Assembly (NCBI GenBank): GCA_020629575.1
Contig: JAHDDB010000002.1
Span: forward strand, 1 to 39,009
Direction: 5' to 3'
Length of the DNA: 39,009 nucleotides
From: Caedibacter sp.
GTDB taxonomy: Bacteria; Pseudomonadota; Gammaproteobacteria; Francisellales; Francisellaceae
Position numbers and translations under genes: made by a program. Positions 1 to 9,934 of this stretch are shown one piece after another (the first letter of the stretch is position 1; every line of letters begins with the position of its first letter). Below the pieces are notes generated by a model that was not told the DNA's origin, searched no databases, and was given only the letters and a program-made list of their open reading frames with translations.

Positions 1-2446
1 CCTCACTCATGCTATAGCCGCTTGAGATATTCGCACTAATTTGTGCGGTATTAACTCGATTGTATCTAAAGAGACTACTTTGTCTAACATCTGGGGTCAC
101 CTTAATGAGATTTGATAGTGGTACCATCAATCCTGAATCACTTGGCACATAGATCTTACTTAAACTACCAAAACTAGATAAATCTTTAAGATTCATTTGC
201 ACCAGAACTTGATAGCTTTTCTCATCGGTTTTAACATCAGTAATATGCTTACCACTCATTAAAATACTAAATGTATCGGCGATGTTTTGCGAGTCAACCC
301 CAACATTTGCTGCTAATTTGCGTTGAAACTTAACATTATAAACAACATTATCAAACTTCAGACCATTGTTAACATTATTAAGTCCGGGGTAATTCATGAG
401 TTTCTTGGTTAGGCTATCAGCAGCTTTAACCAAATGATCAATTGGTCCGACATTATGCAAATAAATGATCACATCAGAGCCATCAGCATCAGGTCCAAAG
501 CTCACAGGATCTGGGATGCTCATACTGACTTTGATGCCAGGGATTTGCTGAGCCTCGGCCAATAATTTGTCAATAATTGTCTGAGTTGGTACTTTACGCT
601 TATCACCCCATGGTTGCATTGTGACAAAGTTATTGCCATTGCCCGAGAATACATACTCGGCATTGTTCAAAATATAAGGGTTCTTATCATAAACACGCTG
701 ACTTAACATATTCATATAGTAATTGGTATAATCTAGTGCTGCACTTGGCGGAGAGGTGATATTTGCCTCAAAATACCCAATATCCTCTTTGGGAATAAAT
801 GACTGAGGTACGACCTTAAACAACATAAAACACAAAACACCCAAAGCAACGAGTAATGCAACTACCCAATATTTTGCCTTTAACACGAAGTTTAGTACTT
901 TGGCATAAGCAGCATTTAACTTATCAAATGCATGGTTAAGCGTCAGCTCAATTTTAGTCTCTTTTTCCCGTGATTTTAAAATATAGGCACACATCATGGG
1001 GGACAAGGTCAATGCAACAAAACCAGAGATTAGAACGGATCCCGCTAAGGTGAAGGCAAATTCTCTGAAAATAGTCGCACTAAAGCCTGATAAAAAGCCA
1101 ATGGGTGCGTAAACTGCTGCTAGTGTTAACGTCATTGCAATCACTGAAAATCCAATCTCCGCTGAACCTTGTACGGCTGCATCAAAAGGCTTCTTACCCA
1201 TTTCAATGTGTCTGTGAACGTTCTCAAGCACAACAATGGCATCATCAACCACCAAACCAATCGCAAGAATAATTGCTAAAAGTGTTACAACGTTGATACT
1301 AAATCCACATAGTAACATGACACCAAAGGCACCTATAACACAAACAGGGATGGTTAAGATCGGAATTAGTGCAGCACGGATACTACCCAAGAATACAAAC
1401 ACCACCAACATTACCAAAATAATTGCTTCAAGCAAGGTATCATAACCATCAACAATAGATTTTTGCAAAAAGGTTGATTGATCATAAACCACTTTGACTT
1501 CCATGCCTTTTGGTAGCTGCTTGGCAACGCGTTTGAGCTCTTCTTTGGCAAGGTTTGCCACCGTAATTGGGTTGGCGTTATCCGTCGGTCTTAGCTGCAC
1601 ACTTATGGCATTTTGCCCATTAATCAACATGGGCGAGTCGCTTAAACTGGCATTACCTAGATCCACTTTCGCAATGTCTTTTAAATAAACTGGTGCACTG
1701 CCACTATCTTTAACAACAAGATTTTTAAATTGATCTGCTGTCGTCAAATCAGTATCTGAACTAATGGAGAAATTACGATACTTGCCGCGAACACTGCCAC
1801 CTGAGAAGCTAATATTATTACTATTCAAGGTGCTTTGCACATCAGAAACGGTAATACCAAGCGCTGCCATTTTTTGTGGGTTAAGCCAAATTCGCATCGC
1901 GTAATCACTGGCACCATAGACCCACACGGCCCCCATGCCCGGAATGGATTGAAAGATCGGAACAATATTCTTTTGCACATAGTCACGTATTTGTGCTGAT
2001 GTTAGATTTTTATCTAACACACCTAAGTTAACCACAGGACGCTCAACACCCCCTTGAGTCACACTAGGCGCATCAATATCAGCAGGCAGTTTTTGCGATA
2101 TAATACTTGAGATATTATCACGCACCTGCCCCATGACATTGGTCATATCAGCATCGTCGGCAAAGGTTAAGTTGATTTTGCTACTGCCGTATGAGCTTGA
2201 TGAAGTCATCTTGACCAAACCGTCAATATTATACAGTGCATCTTCAACTGGTACCGTAACATCATTTTTCATCAATGTCGGCGAGGCGCCTGAATATGAA
2301 ATCGAGACTTGTGCAATTTTCTGCTGAATCTTAGGGAAATAACGAATCTCAAGATAGCTAAAGCCAACAATACCTAGGACGATAATCATCAAACTTAGAA
2401 CAACCGCAAAAACGGGTCTCTCAATACATATCTTAGAAAGCTTCAT
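1..2446 (-). CDS. RND efflux transporter permease subunit (AcrB/MexF/MdtC-like), truncated by the left window edge
   Basis: Absent from the ORF track because its stop lies outside the window. Manual translation from ATG at 2446 gives MKLSKICIERPVFAVVLSLMIIVLGIVGFSYLEIRYFP..., and later LAIGLVVDDAIVVLENVHRH, the RND TM4 DD motif. It directly follows an MFP gene. Confidence 0.95.
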   Translation of the reverse strand, partial: MKLSKICIERPVFAVVLSLMIIVLGIVGFSYLEIRYFPKIQQKIAQVSISYSGASPTLMKNDVTVPVEDALYNIDGLVKMTSSSSYGSSKINLTFADDADMTNVMGQVRDNISSIISQKLPADIDAPSVTQGGVERPVVNLGVLDKNLTSAQIRDYVQKNIVPIFQSIPGMGAVWVYGASDYAMRIWLNPQKMAALGITVSDVQSTLNSNNISFSGGSVRGKYRNFSISSDTDLTTADQFKNLVVKDSGSAPVYLKDIAKVDLGNASLSDSPMLINGQNAISVQLRPTDNANPITVANLAKEELKRVAKQLPKGMEVKVVYDQSTFLQKSIVDGYDTLLEAIILVMLVVFVFLGSIRAALIPILTIPVCVIGAFGVMLLCGFSINVVTLLAIILAIGLVVDDAIVVLENVHRHIEMGKKPFDAAVQGSAEIGFSVIAMTLTLAAVYAPIGFLSGFSATIFREFAFTLAGSVLISGFVALTLSPMMCAYILKSREKETKIELTLNHAFDKLNAAYAKVLNFVLKAKYWVVALLVALGVLCFMLFKVVPQSFIPKEDIGYFEANITSPPSAALDYTNYYMNMLSQRVYDKNPYILNNAEYVFSGNGNNFVTMQPWGDKRKVPTQTIIDKLLAEAQQIPGIKVSMSIPDPVSFGPDADGSDVIIYLHNVGPIDHLVKAADSLTKKLMNYPGLNNVNNGLKFDNVVYNVKFQRKLAANVGVDSQNIADTFSILMSGKHITDVKTDEKSYQVLVQMNLKDLSSFGSLSKIYVPSDSGLMVPLSNLIKVTPDVRQSSLFRYNRVNTAQISANISSGYSMSE

Positions 2447-2449
2447 GCG

Positions 2450-3673
2450 TTACTTACTTCCATTATTACTATTATTACTATGAGTTTCTGCCTGCTCGTT
2501 AATCCCAAAGCTACTTTTCGGATCAATATCGATATTTAACTCTTTTTGTAATTTATCAAAGCTTGGTGGTGGCAAATCAGAAATGCTAATTTTAGCGCCA
2601 TCGGTAAGCTTAAACCCACCTATGGTCACTACTTTTTGCCCTTCTTTTAAGCCTTTTGTTATCTGGGTCCAGCCACTACGGACCATACCAATATCTATTT
2701 GCACCATTTTAACCGTATTATCAGGATTAACCACATAGACAAAGGATCCTTGCTGATTGGTTTGAATCGCCATATCTGGCAATGCCAAAATCGCTTGTTT
2801 ATCCTTTAGAATTTGTGAAACCGACATAAACATACCAGGTGACAATAAATAATCATCATTATTGACCTCTGCTTCAATCTCAAGTGTGCCACTTTTGCTA
2901 TCTACCGTTGGCGAGATATAGTTAACAACACCTTTGAATATTTTCTTTGGATACGTTTCAGTAGAAAGCTCAACCTCATTACCAATCGCTACTTTTGGCT
3001 TAAGATCCGCTGGAATCGCAAAGCGTATCTTTAACGGGTTCTCCTGTGTCAACTGCACAACGGCCGTACCAGCTGCCACATACGCACCAACATCAAACTT
3101 ATAAATTCCAAGCACTCCAGTAAATGGTGCTTGTAGTTTATCATGCGCAACCACCGTTTTTTGTTGATCAACATCGGCTTGCGCCTGCTGTAAATCAGCA
3201 TACTTCTGGTCAATATCTTCTTTAGAAATCGCACCTGATTGCTCCAATAACTTAACGCGCGAATAAGTTTGCTTAGCTAAATCTAGCTTTGCCTGTAATG
3301 AGCTTAAGGTTGCCATATCTTGCTGATCATCTAAAGCTGCAACCGTTTCACCTTTTAAGACCCTGTCACCATTTTTAAAATATTTCTCTTTTAACTTACC
3401 ACTATTATCAAAGCTTAAATCAACTTGTTTTAACGCATAGATATTACCCACTGCAGTAATCGTCTCTGGCACATTAATCTTCCTAACCTCACCGACATTA
3501 ACCGCCGTAGGTTTGACCACTTGTTCCTTATCTTCTGCATAAGCAGACTGATGTAGGCTCATCAATGGTATAGCTAAAGCCATCATCAACGTAGTGATCT
3601 TTACTGTTTTTAGTGTTTTTGAAATGTGATATTTATTATTTTCATTGTTGTTGTTCATAGGCTCACTTGTCAT
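2450..3673 (-). CDS. RND efflux periplasmic adaptor (membrane fusion protein)
   Basis: Lipoyl-like halves (SGKLKEKYFKNGDRVLKG; LQAPFTGVLG), a central alpha-hairpin, LSPGMF and GLKEGQKVVTIG motifs. The start is uncertain (3673 or 3658 preferred over 3757). Confidence 0.92.
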   Translation of the reverse strand: MTSEPMNNNNENNKYHISKTLKTVKITTLMMALAIPLMSLHQSAYAEDKEQVVKPTAVNVGEVRKINVPETITAVGNIYALKQVDLSFDNSGKLKEKYFKNGDRVLKGETVAALDDQQDMATLSSLQAKLDLAKQTYSRVKLLEQSGAISKEDIDQKYADLQQAQADVDQQKTVVAHDKLQAPFTGVLGIYKFDVGAYVAAGTAVVQLTQENPLKIRFAIPADLKPKVAIGNEVELSTETYPKKIFKGVVNYISPTVDSKSGTLEIEAEVNNDDYLLSPGMFMSVSQILKDKQAILALPDMAIQTNQQGSFVYVVNPDNTVKMVQIDIGMVRSGWTQITKGLKEGQKVVTIGGFKLTDGAKISISDLPPPSFDKLQKELNIDIDPKSSFGINEQAETHSNNSNNGSK

Positions 3674-3758
3674 GGAATGTGTTAAGTCATAAGCTAATTT
3701 GATTATAGCCACTGCTTTTATTATGTCTAATAAACTATGATCTTTTATTATCACCAAA

Positions 3759-4700
3759 TTATAATCGATCTAAAATATACTCAATACGTTCTTCTTTGGT
3801 CATTGGCTCATTAAGTACTGGTTTGATAAGCTCATGACGCTTTGCCAGCCCTACTTGGTTCGCGATTTGAATATTAAGACCAGGACGTGCATTTAACTCA
3901 AGCATCAGTGGTCCATGATCTTTATCTAACACCAAATCGACACCTAAATAACCCAAATTGGTCATATCATAACTGGCACTGGCAATCTCTAAACATTTCT
4001 GCCAATGTGGCACAGTAATCCCCTCGATTTCATGTAAGGTGTCTGGGTGATGTGTGATGATCTCATTATGCCAAACACCATGCAGTGTTATTCCGGTTTT
4101 TAAATCAACGCCAGCACCAATTGCACCTTGATGTAGGTTTGCTTTGCCACTTGATTGCTGTGTTGGCAGGCGCACCATTGCCATTACTGGAAAACCTTTG
4201 ATCAAAATAATCCGAATATCTGGCACCCCTTGATAAGCAACTTTGGCAAAGGTTGGATCAAACTGAATCAAGTATTCAATCATCGCTTTATCAGGACGAC
4301 CACCGAGTGAGTAAGCGCCACTTAATGTGGTTGAAGTATGATAGCGCAGCTGATCTAGCGTCATCAATTTACCATTTGCCAAGCGGTAACGATTATTAAT
4401 AAAGTGTGTAATGACAAGGATACCCTCACCACCGGCACCTTGTGCAGGCTTAATCACAAACTGATGACGATCGCCTAAGATCGATTGTAGATTTTTATTA
4501 TCATGTTCTGAACCAATTACGCCATAAAGCTCAGGTACATTAATGCCATGCTCAAGTGCTAAGGATTTGCTCTTGAGTTTATCATCAACCAATGGGTAGT
4601 ATTTGCGATCATTATATGCCTGGATATAACCAACATTGCGATTATTGATCCCCAATACACCTGCTTGTTTTAGTGCACGCCATTTACTAATCCACCACAT
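3759..4700 (-). CDS. alpha-L-glutamate ligase-like (RimK-like) ATP-grasp protein
   Basis: Motifs GINNRN, VDDKL, FVIKPAQGAGGEGI, PDIRII, KANLHQGA, YLGVDLVLD and LELNARPGL. Confidence 0.92.
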   Translation of the reverse strand: MWWISKWRALKQAGVLGINNRNVGYIQAYNDRKYYPLVDDKLKSKSLALEHGINVPELYGVIGSEHDNKNLQSILGDRHQFVIKPAQGAGGEGILVITHFINNRYRLANGKLMTLDQLRYHTSTTLSGAYSLGGRPDKAMIEYLIQFDPTFAKVAYQGVPDIRIILIKGFPVMAMVRLPTQQSSGKANLHQGAIGAGVDLKTGITLHGVWHNEIITHHPDTLHEIEGITVPHWQKCLEIASASYDMTNLGYLGVDLVLDKDHGPLMLELNARPGLNIQIANQVGLAKRHELIKPVLNEPMTKEERIEYILDRL

Positions 4701-6302
4701 TTACTGCTCACCTTTGTCTGCTTTTCCTTGTTGCTGATCATTAATCTTCTGCGCCAATGCTTCAAAACGATAAAGCTCAGTCAAACGGTAGCCACGATAA
4801 CGCCCAATCAATAACATCACAGCCATCACGACTAACAAAAGCCCCGGGAAAGTGAAAAACCAATACTCTAAATAAGCATTAAATATAAAGATATAACAGA
4901 TCGTTGCAGCAAATAGACTACCAATGGCAATTTTAATTGCTTCAGTACCACCACGCTCTTCCCAAACGATCGATAAACGCTCTATCGACATGGTTAAAAT
5001 AACCATTGGGAATAAGGTGATCGATAAACCTTGTGATAGTTCCATTTTATGCATTGAAATACTAATAAGCGCCATAATCAGCACAACAACACACAGAAGC
5101 ATCCCAAGCCGTGGCACGACTAATAATTGCAATTTTTCAAAATAAGCTCTAAAGCTCAATCCTAAAATCACCACCAATGAAAATAAGATAATCCCCCATA
5201 CAAGGCTGGTATCTTTAAATGCTAAGGCAATCAATACCGGCATAAATGTACCCAATGTTGGCACACCAATAATAATCCGCAAAATTAAAATAATCAGCAC
5301 ACCAAAAGGCACCATCAAGATGATTTTATAAATTTCTTGTGTTTGCGCAGGCAAATTAAGTAACGAAAACTCATAAATATTTTGTTTTACCGTGTCGTTT
5401 TTAAGATCTAGATAACGCTCCATCGGGATGCTTTGTTGTGCTGCGGTAAAAGATACAAGCTTAACTGTCCCGCCTTGGACATTGACAAAATCGCCATTGC
5501 CACTCCACCATGTCATCGCTTTGGTATTAGGATTATCAATATACTCACCCGTGCTGACATCATATGTGTGCCAATCTTTACCGTAATAAACCTTAATCCA
5601 CGCTGGCAAATTTCTAAGATTTAATTTCCCTTCATACTCATAAGGAACCACATGGATAATTAGATTTGGTAAATTAAGCTCTGTTAACAAATAGTTAAGT
5701 AATCTTGCTCGTGCTTTTGCTGTTGGTTTACCGTTGGTCATCTCTTGCCAGAAATATAGATTACCATCATCATTGATAAAATTGATGGCTTGTGCAATCA
5801 AGGTTGCTGAATCTGCAGATTTTTCCGCAATCCCTTTTGCCGTAGTTAACAACGTTAATAACTTTTTAGGTTCTAAAATATCTTTTATTTTCTTTTTCTC
5901 TTTTTCAAGGTCGGGAATAGTGTTTGCTACACTTTGCGCATTACTCGCTACCGTCACATCATAAATCACTGTTTGCTTATGATTCACCTCACTCTTAGAG
6001 AGCACTGCCATACGGTTATTTTTATCCTCTGAACGCAACACAATCTTACCAAAACCTGCTGCATTAATGCTTTCAGCTAGAACATCCGCCTTAACCAAAT
6101 TTGGCACCAACAAATTCACCTTAAGTGATGAATCCGTCGTATCTGGCGCAATCTGCAACTCTGCATTAAACTTCCACGTCATATTTTCACCATTTGGCCA
6201 CCATGAAAGTCCGAGTTTAAAGTGCTGATAAAGGCTAAAACCAATACCTGCCACCAACAAAATGATTAGTAATGTAAAAAATTGTTTATTAACCTTGCTC
6301 AT
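4701..6302 (-). CDS. inactive transglutaminase domain fused to a 7-TM domain
   Basis: One N-terminal TM helix and a TGase-like core lacking the catalytic Cys/His (PAWIKVY...WHTYDVSTG). The C-terminal 7TM region has GVPTLGTFMPVLIALAF, LFPMVILTMSIER and GRYRGYRLTELYRF. It lies between the protease and ATP-grasp genes. Confidence 0.88.
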   Translation of the reverse strand: MSKVNKQFFTLLIILLVAGIGFSLYQHFKLGLSWWPNGENMTWKFNAELQIAPDTTDSSLKVNLLVPNLVKADVLAESINAAGFGKIVLRSEDKNNRMAVLSKSEVNHKQTVIYDVTVASNAQSVANTIPDLEKEKKKIKDILEPKKLLTLLTTAKGIAEKSADSATLIAQAINFINDDGNLYFWQEMTNGKPTAKARARLLNYLLTELNLPNLIIHVVPYEYEGKLNLRNLPAWIKVYYGKDWHTYDVSTGEYIDNPNTKAMTWWSGNGDFVNVQGGTVKLVSFTAAQQSIPMERYLDLKNDTVKQNIYEFSLLNLPAQTQEIYKIILMVPFGVLIILILRIIIGVPTLGTFMPVLIALAFKDTSLVWGIILFSLVVILGLSFRAYFEKLQLLVVPRLGMLLCVVVLIMALISISMHKMELSQGLSITLFPMVILTMSIERLSIVWEERGGTEAIKIAIGSLFAATICYIFIFNAYLEYWFFTFPGLLLVVMAVMLLIGRYRGYRLTELYRFEALAQKINDQQQGKADKGEQ

Positions 6303-7045
6303 TGCTTATCCATATCATTTGCATTGCTACTATTTGACGCTTTATCACTAATTTTATTCGCTTTCTGTAGTTTCTTTGACTTGTTATCAGAAACTTCCGT
6401 TACATCCTTTTTTTGATCACTACTTATTGTTGCTTCTTTTGCTTCTTTTGCTTCTTTTGCTTCTTTCTCCTCTTGCTCTTTTGCCATCTTAGCAAATAGC
6501 GCTTCACAGGCACTGCCATCCATCGTGAATTTTTGTGCCGGATCGATCACAGAACCCAATTGGATTAATGCTTTACGCCCTAAAAGTACAGGGTAATCAA
6601 AATGCGTTCTATCGGTTAAATTAACCTCAATCGTATAGATTTTGCCATCAAAACAAACTGGCATTTCAACCACAGGCCGTTCATCATATTGATCTTTTGT
6701 ATCTTCACCGGCACGGTTTTTAATCTTCATCTCACGCTTTAACGGCAAATCATATGCTACCTTTTCAACCTTATCTTTATTGCGCTTACCCTGCTGTTCT
6801 ATCGCCTCATGTGTGACATCAAAGCGTACATGCTTCTTACCATCTTTTTCATAGATATGAATATTGGTGGCTGAAATCGATGAAACCCCAGCCCCCGTAT
6901 CTAGCTTCGCATCTAAGAGTGTTTTGCTTGGTAAAATATACACATTTTCAACATAACCATAACCTGTTTTTATATTTGCCATCGCTGTACTCGTCATTAA
7001 TATGGTTGATAAAGCTAAGTGTTTGATGATCTTATTTGCCTTCAT
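6299..7045 (-). CDS. exported retropepsin-like (RimB / 'ATP-dependent zinc protease' family) aspartic peptidase
   Basis: Signal peptide; motifs AKLDTGA, ERPVV, EVNLTDR and VLLGR; charged low-complexity C-terminal tail; 4-bp overlap with the next gene. Confidence 0.88.
   Translation of the reverse strand: MKANKIIKHLALSTILMTSTAMANIKTGYGYVENVYILPSKTLLDAKLDTGAGVSSISATNIHIYEKDGKKHVRFDVTHEAIEQQGKRNKDKVEKVAYDLPLKREMKIKNRAGEDTKDQYDERPVVEMPVCFDGKIYTIEVNLTDRTHFDYPVLLGRKALIQLGSVIDPAQKFTMDGSACEALFAKMAKEQEEKEAKEAKEAKEATISSDQKKDVTEVSDNKSKKLQKANKISDKASNSSNANDMDKQ
6431..6466. repeat. perfect 9-bp tandem repeat x4 (TGCTTCTTT) encoding (KEA)4
   Basis: Directly visible; in frame in the protease tail. Confidence 0.95.
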
Positions 7046-7200
7046 TTGTTTCCCTTTAAAGTTTTATTTACCTTTAGGCAGTAAATTGCTCTGTAGTATA
7101 GTTATAAACTTGTTATTATGCCAATGGATATGCTATTAACTATAAAGCCTAATTATAAAGCGCCCAATAACACCATATTTGTATTAATTGAACCTTAAGA

Positions 7201-7821
7201 ATGGCAACAATATCGATTATGACGACAAATTATTACAGCGTTGAATGCATTTCACAGCATGAGATTGAGCCGATTAAAAAGTCTCGATTTATTGCTCATC
7301 TATTACCTTTAAAAGAGCCTTCTGAGCTTCACAATTTCCTGCAGCAACTTACCAAAGAATATACCAACGCCAATCATCACTGTTGGGCTTATCATCTCTT
7401 TGACAATCAGCAGATTCGTTTTAATGATGATGGCGAGCCGTCAGGTTCCGCTGGCAAGCCAATTCTTAATCACCTTCAAGGTAATAAACTCATCAATGCC
7501 GCCATCGTTGTGACGAGAATTTTTGGCGGCACCAAGCTTGGCGTGGGCGGCTTAGTACGCGCTTATGGTCAAGCAGCCAGTGAAGTCATTAAAAATAGTC
7601 AGCTTGTGAGCTTCACACCAACCAAAAGACTGTCACTGACCTATCAATACAGAGATACCGCATTAATTGAGCAAGTGCTGCATACACTTAAATTAACAGC
7701 GATTGATTCGATCTTTGGCAATGACATTACCTTGCACTTCGATATTGCATTAACTCATTGGGACACCACTTATCAAGCACTACTAGAAATGACACAAGGG
7801 CGAGTGATTATTCATCGATAA
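7201..7821 (+). CDS. yigZ: YigZ/IMPACT family protein
   Basis: Motifs IKKSRFIA, ANHHCWAY, DDGEPSGSAGKP and VTRIFGGTKLGVGGLVRAY. Confidence 0.93.
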   Translation: MATISIMTTNYYSVECISQHEIEPIKKSRFIAHLLPLKEPSELHNFLQQLTKEYTNANHHCWAYHLFDNQQIRFNDDGEPSGSAGKPILNHLQGNKLINAAIVVTRIFGGTKLGVGGLVRAYGQAASEVIKNSQLVSFTPTKRLSLTYQYRDTALIEQVLHTLKLTAIDSIFGNDITLHFDIALTHWDTTYQALLEMTQGRVIIHR

Positions 7822-7884
7822 ATCGCTTTGCATTTACTCATTTTTTCTCTACCATGTGACAAATCAATTGAGTTTGAAGCAGCT

Positions 7885-8952
7885 ATGTTACATCCAACTT
7901 ACGATATTCATAAGTCTTATGATGAGAATTACAACAATGGACCCATGTGTGATTTTACCATCCCCAAACGCATTTTATTAAAACCGATTAACTTATGGGG
8001 ATATCAGATAAACTCACCCGTTGGCGTGCCAGCGGGTCCTTTAATCAATGCCGAATATATTAAGCTATATGCTGAATTAGGCTTTGATCTGCCGGTGTAT
8101 AAAACCGTGCGCACCATTGAGCGTAAAGTGCATCCAGCACCTAACTGTTTAATGGTTGATAGTCATAAGCAATTAACCATTGATGATATCGGTCAAAGCA
8201 TTTACCCATTTGATCAAGCACCACAAACACCGCATGAGATTGCCATTACTAACTCTTTTGGTATTCCAAGTAAGTCAATTGCAATCTGGCAAGAAGATAT
8301 TGCCAAAGCCAATACATTTATGACACCTAATCAGCTGATGATCGTCTCATGCGTTGGCACACCTCAACCAGAGCGCAATTTTATCGATGATTTTGTTCTT
8401 TGCGCACAAAGGGCTGTTGAAGCGGGAGCTAAAGCCATTGAGCTTAATTACTCATGCCCTAATGTTGTTTCTAAAGAAGGCAGTATTTATCAAGATGCTG
8501 AGCTTTCAAGCACCATTTCAAAAGCGGTAAAAAAAGCAATCAAGGATGTGCCGCTGATGATTAAAATGGGCTATATCAAAGAAGAAGCCAAAGCATATGA
8601 CATCATCAAAGCCAATGCGCCTTTTGTTGATGGTATTGCCGCAATTAATACCATTTCAATGCAAGCAAGAAACAAAGATAATACTCAAGCACTTCCTGGT
8701 GAGGGACGTTTAAACAGTGGCATTTGCGGCAGCATTATTAAAGACCTATCGCTTGAAATGACCAAGCGCATTCATAAGATACGCAAAGAAAATCACTTTG
8801 ATTTTGTACTTTGTGGTGTGGGCGGCATTGTTTGCCCTGAAGATATTGATGACTATCTAAATGCAGGTGCTGATATTGCCATGAGTGCAACGGGTGCCAT
8901 GTGGAATCCATTATTAGCGCATGATTGGCAGAAGTTGCAGACAACAAAATAG
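7885..8952 (+). CDS. class 1-like dihydroorotate/dihydropyrimidine dehydrogenase family FMN enzyme
   Basis: Motifs PVGVPAGP, YKTV, NSFG, ELNYSCPN (catalytic Cys loop), AINT and GVGGI. ATG at 7885 preferred over TTG at 7828. Confidence 0.8.
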   Translation: MLHPTYDIHKSYDENYNNGPMCDFTIPKRILLKPINLWGYQINSPVGVPAGPLINAEYIKLYAELGFDLPVYKTVRTIERKVHPAPNCLMVDSHKQLTIDDIGQSIYPFDQAPQTPHEIAITNSFGIPSKSIAIWQEDIAKANTFMTPNQLMIVSCVGTPQPERNFIDDFVLCAQRAVEAGAKAIELNYSCPNVVSKEGSIYQDAELSSTISKAVKKAIKDVPLMIKMGYIKEEAKAYDIIKANAPFVDGIAAINTISMQARNKDNTQALPGEGRLNSGICGSIIKDLSLEMTKRIHKIRKENHFDFVLCGVGGIVCPEDIDDYLNAGADIAMSATGAMWNPLLAHDWQKLQTTK

Positions 8953-9012
8953 TCGCTAACTCACGCGCTTTTTTCTTTATTCTTCTGACTAAGACTAAAT
9001 ATCCACCCACAA

Positions 9013-9065
9013 ACGCTCAGCTAACGCTTACACAATCAAGATGGGCCGCACTATGGTCATAGCCA
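9013..9065. repeat. family A composite repeat, 5'-truncated copy
   Basis: ACGCTCAGCTAACGCTTACACAATCAAG...TATGGTCATAGCCA matches the tails at 20676-20727 and 37209-37262. Confidence 0.8.
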
Positions 9066-9072
9066 TTCTTCT

Positions 9073-9504
9073 TTATTTTTTCTTTTTCTTATTCAAACAA
9101 TCCTTGCATTCGATATAGAGCACGGAGCTATGCTCAACAAGATTGCCGCCTAGCTCTTCCACTGCTTTGATTTGCCTTGCTTCAATCACATGATCAACAA
9201 ACTCTTCGACCTTGTGGCATTTAACACAGATCATATGATCATGGTGATCATCTGAATCAAGCTCATACACTGCCTGCTCACGCCCTAGGTTTAAGCGCTG
9301 CAACAATCCGGCAGATTCAAACTGTGCCAAGACGCGATACACCGTTGCAATACCGATATCTTCTTCTTTTTCTTTAACAATTCGATAAACGTCATCCGCA
9401 GACAAGTGACGCTGTTCTGATTCTTCAAAAATACGTAATATTTTCAGTCGTTGCTGCGTGATTTTTAACCCCGCCTGTTTTAAATCTTCTTTTCCTAATG
9501 ACAT
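9073..9504 (-). CDS. fur: ferric uptake regulator
   Basis: Motifs LKQAGLKITQQRLKIL, HLSADDVY, IGIATVYRVLAQFESAG and HHDHMICVKC. Start is 9504 or 9522; the 9579 start is unlikely. Confidence 0.96.
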   Translation of the reverse strand: MSLGKEDLKQAGLKITQQRLKILRIFEESEQRHLSADDVYRIVKEKEEDIGIATVYRVLAQFESAGLLQRLNLGREQAVYELDSDDHHDHMICVKCHKVEEFVDHVIEARQIKAVEELGGNLVEHSSVLYIECKDCLNKKKKK

Positions 9505-9605
9505 TTGTGTATAAGAACTCATTAAATTCGTCAATGCTCGACATTCTAACCTGATCATTTCGATAAATGAAGGAGTCACTCACGTAAAATTTGTAGTTGT
9601 TTATC

Positions 9606-9772
9606 TATACCGCTCGTAAATCATTTTGCAGTGTTCAGTGCCGAAGAAGTTTTTGATGCTTTTGGGTGATTATATTGCAGGCAACAGCTAGGACTATTGT
9701 CAAAATAGAATCGCTCAAAAGGGCGTAAAATTCAATGGTAGAAATGCTGTGAAATGGTTTGTGGGCGGTATA
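9606..9772 (+). mobile_element. ERIC-like MITE / long hairpin element (family B), copy 1
   Basis: TATACC...GGTATA ends. The terminal 30 nt pair completely (22 Watson-Crick + 8 G-U), and there is an inner stem. Homologous to 12437-12670. Confidence 0.8.
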
Positions 9773-9807
9773 TATTACCAAACAAAAACAGTTGCTTTAA
9801 GCATTTT

Positions 9808-9859
9808 CCCCTCACCCGTGCAGCTTATGCGGCATGACTTCTCCCACAAGGGGAGAGGT
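9808..9859 (+). repeat. family C palindromic repeat (CCCCTCACCC...CTCCCACAAGGGGAGAGG)
   Basis: Near-identical to the reverse complement of 17785-17837. Confidence 0.9.
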
Positions 9860-9872
9860 TATTTCACGTTGA

Positions 9873-9934
9873 CTGAGCGTCAGTCGAAATCATAATGCAT
9901 TCGATCTTAACTACAACCCTTCGACTATACTCAG
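9873..9934. repeat. family A inverted doublet
   Basis: CTGAGCGTCAGTCGAA (9873-9888) ... TTCGACTATACTCAG (9920-9934). Confidence 0.85.
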
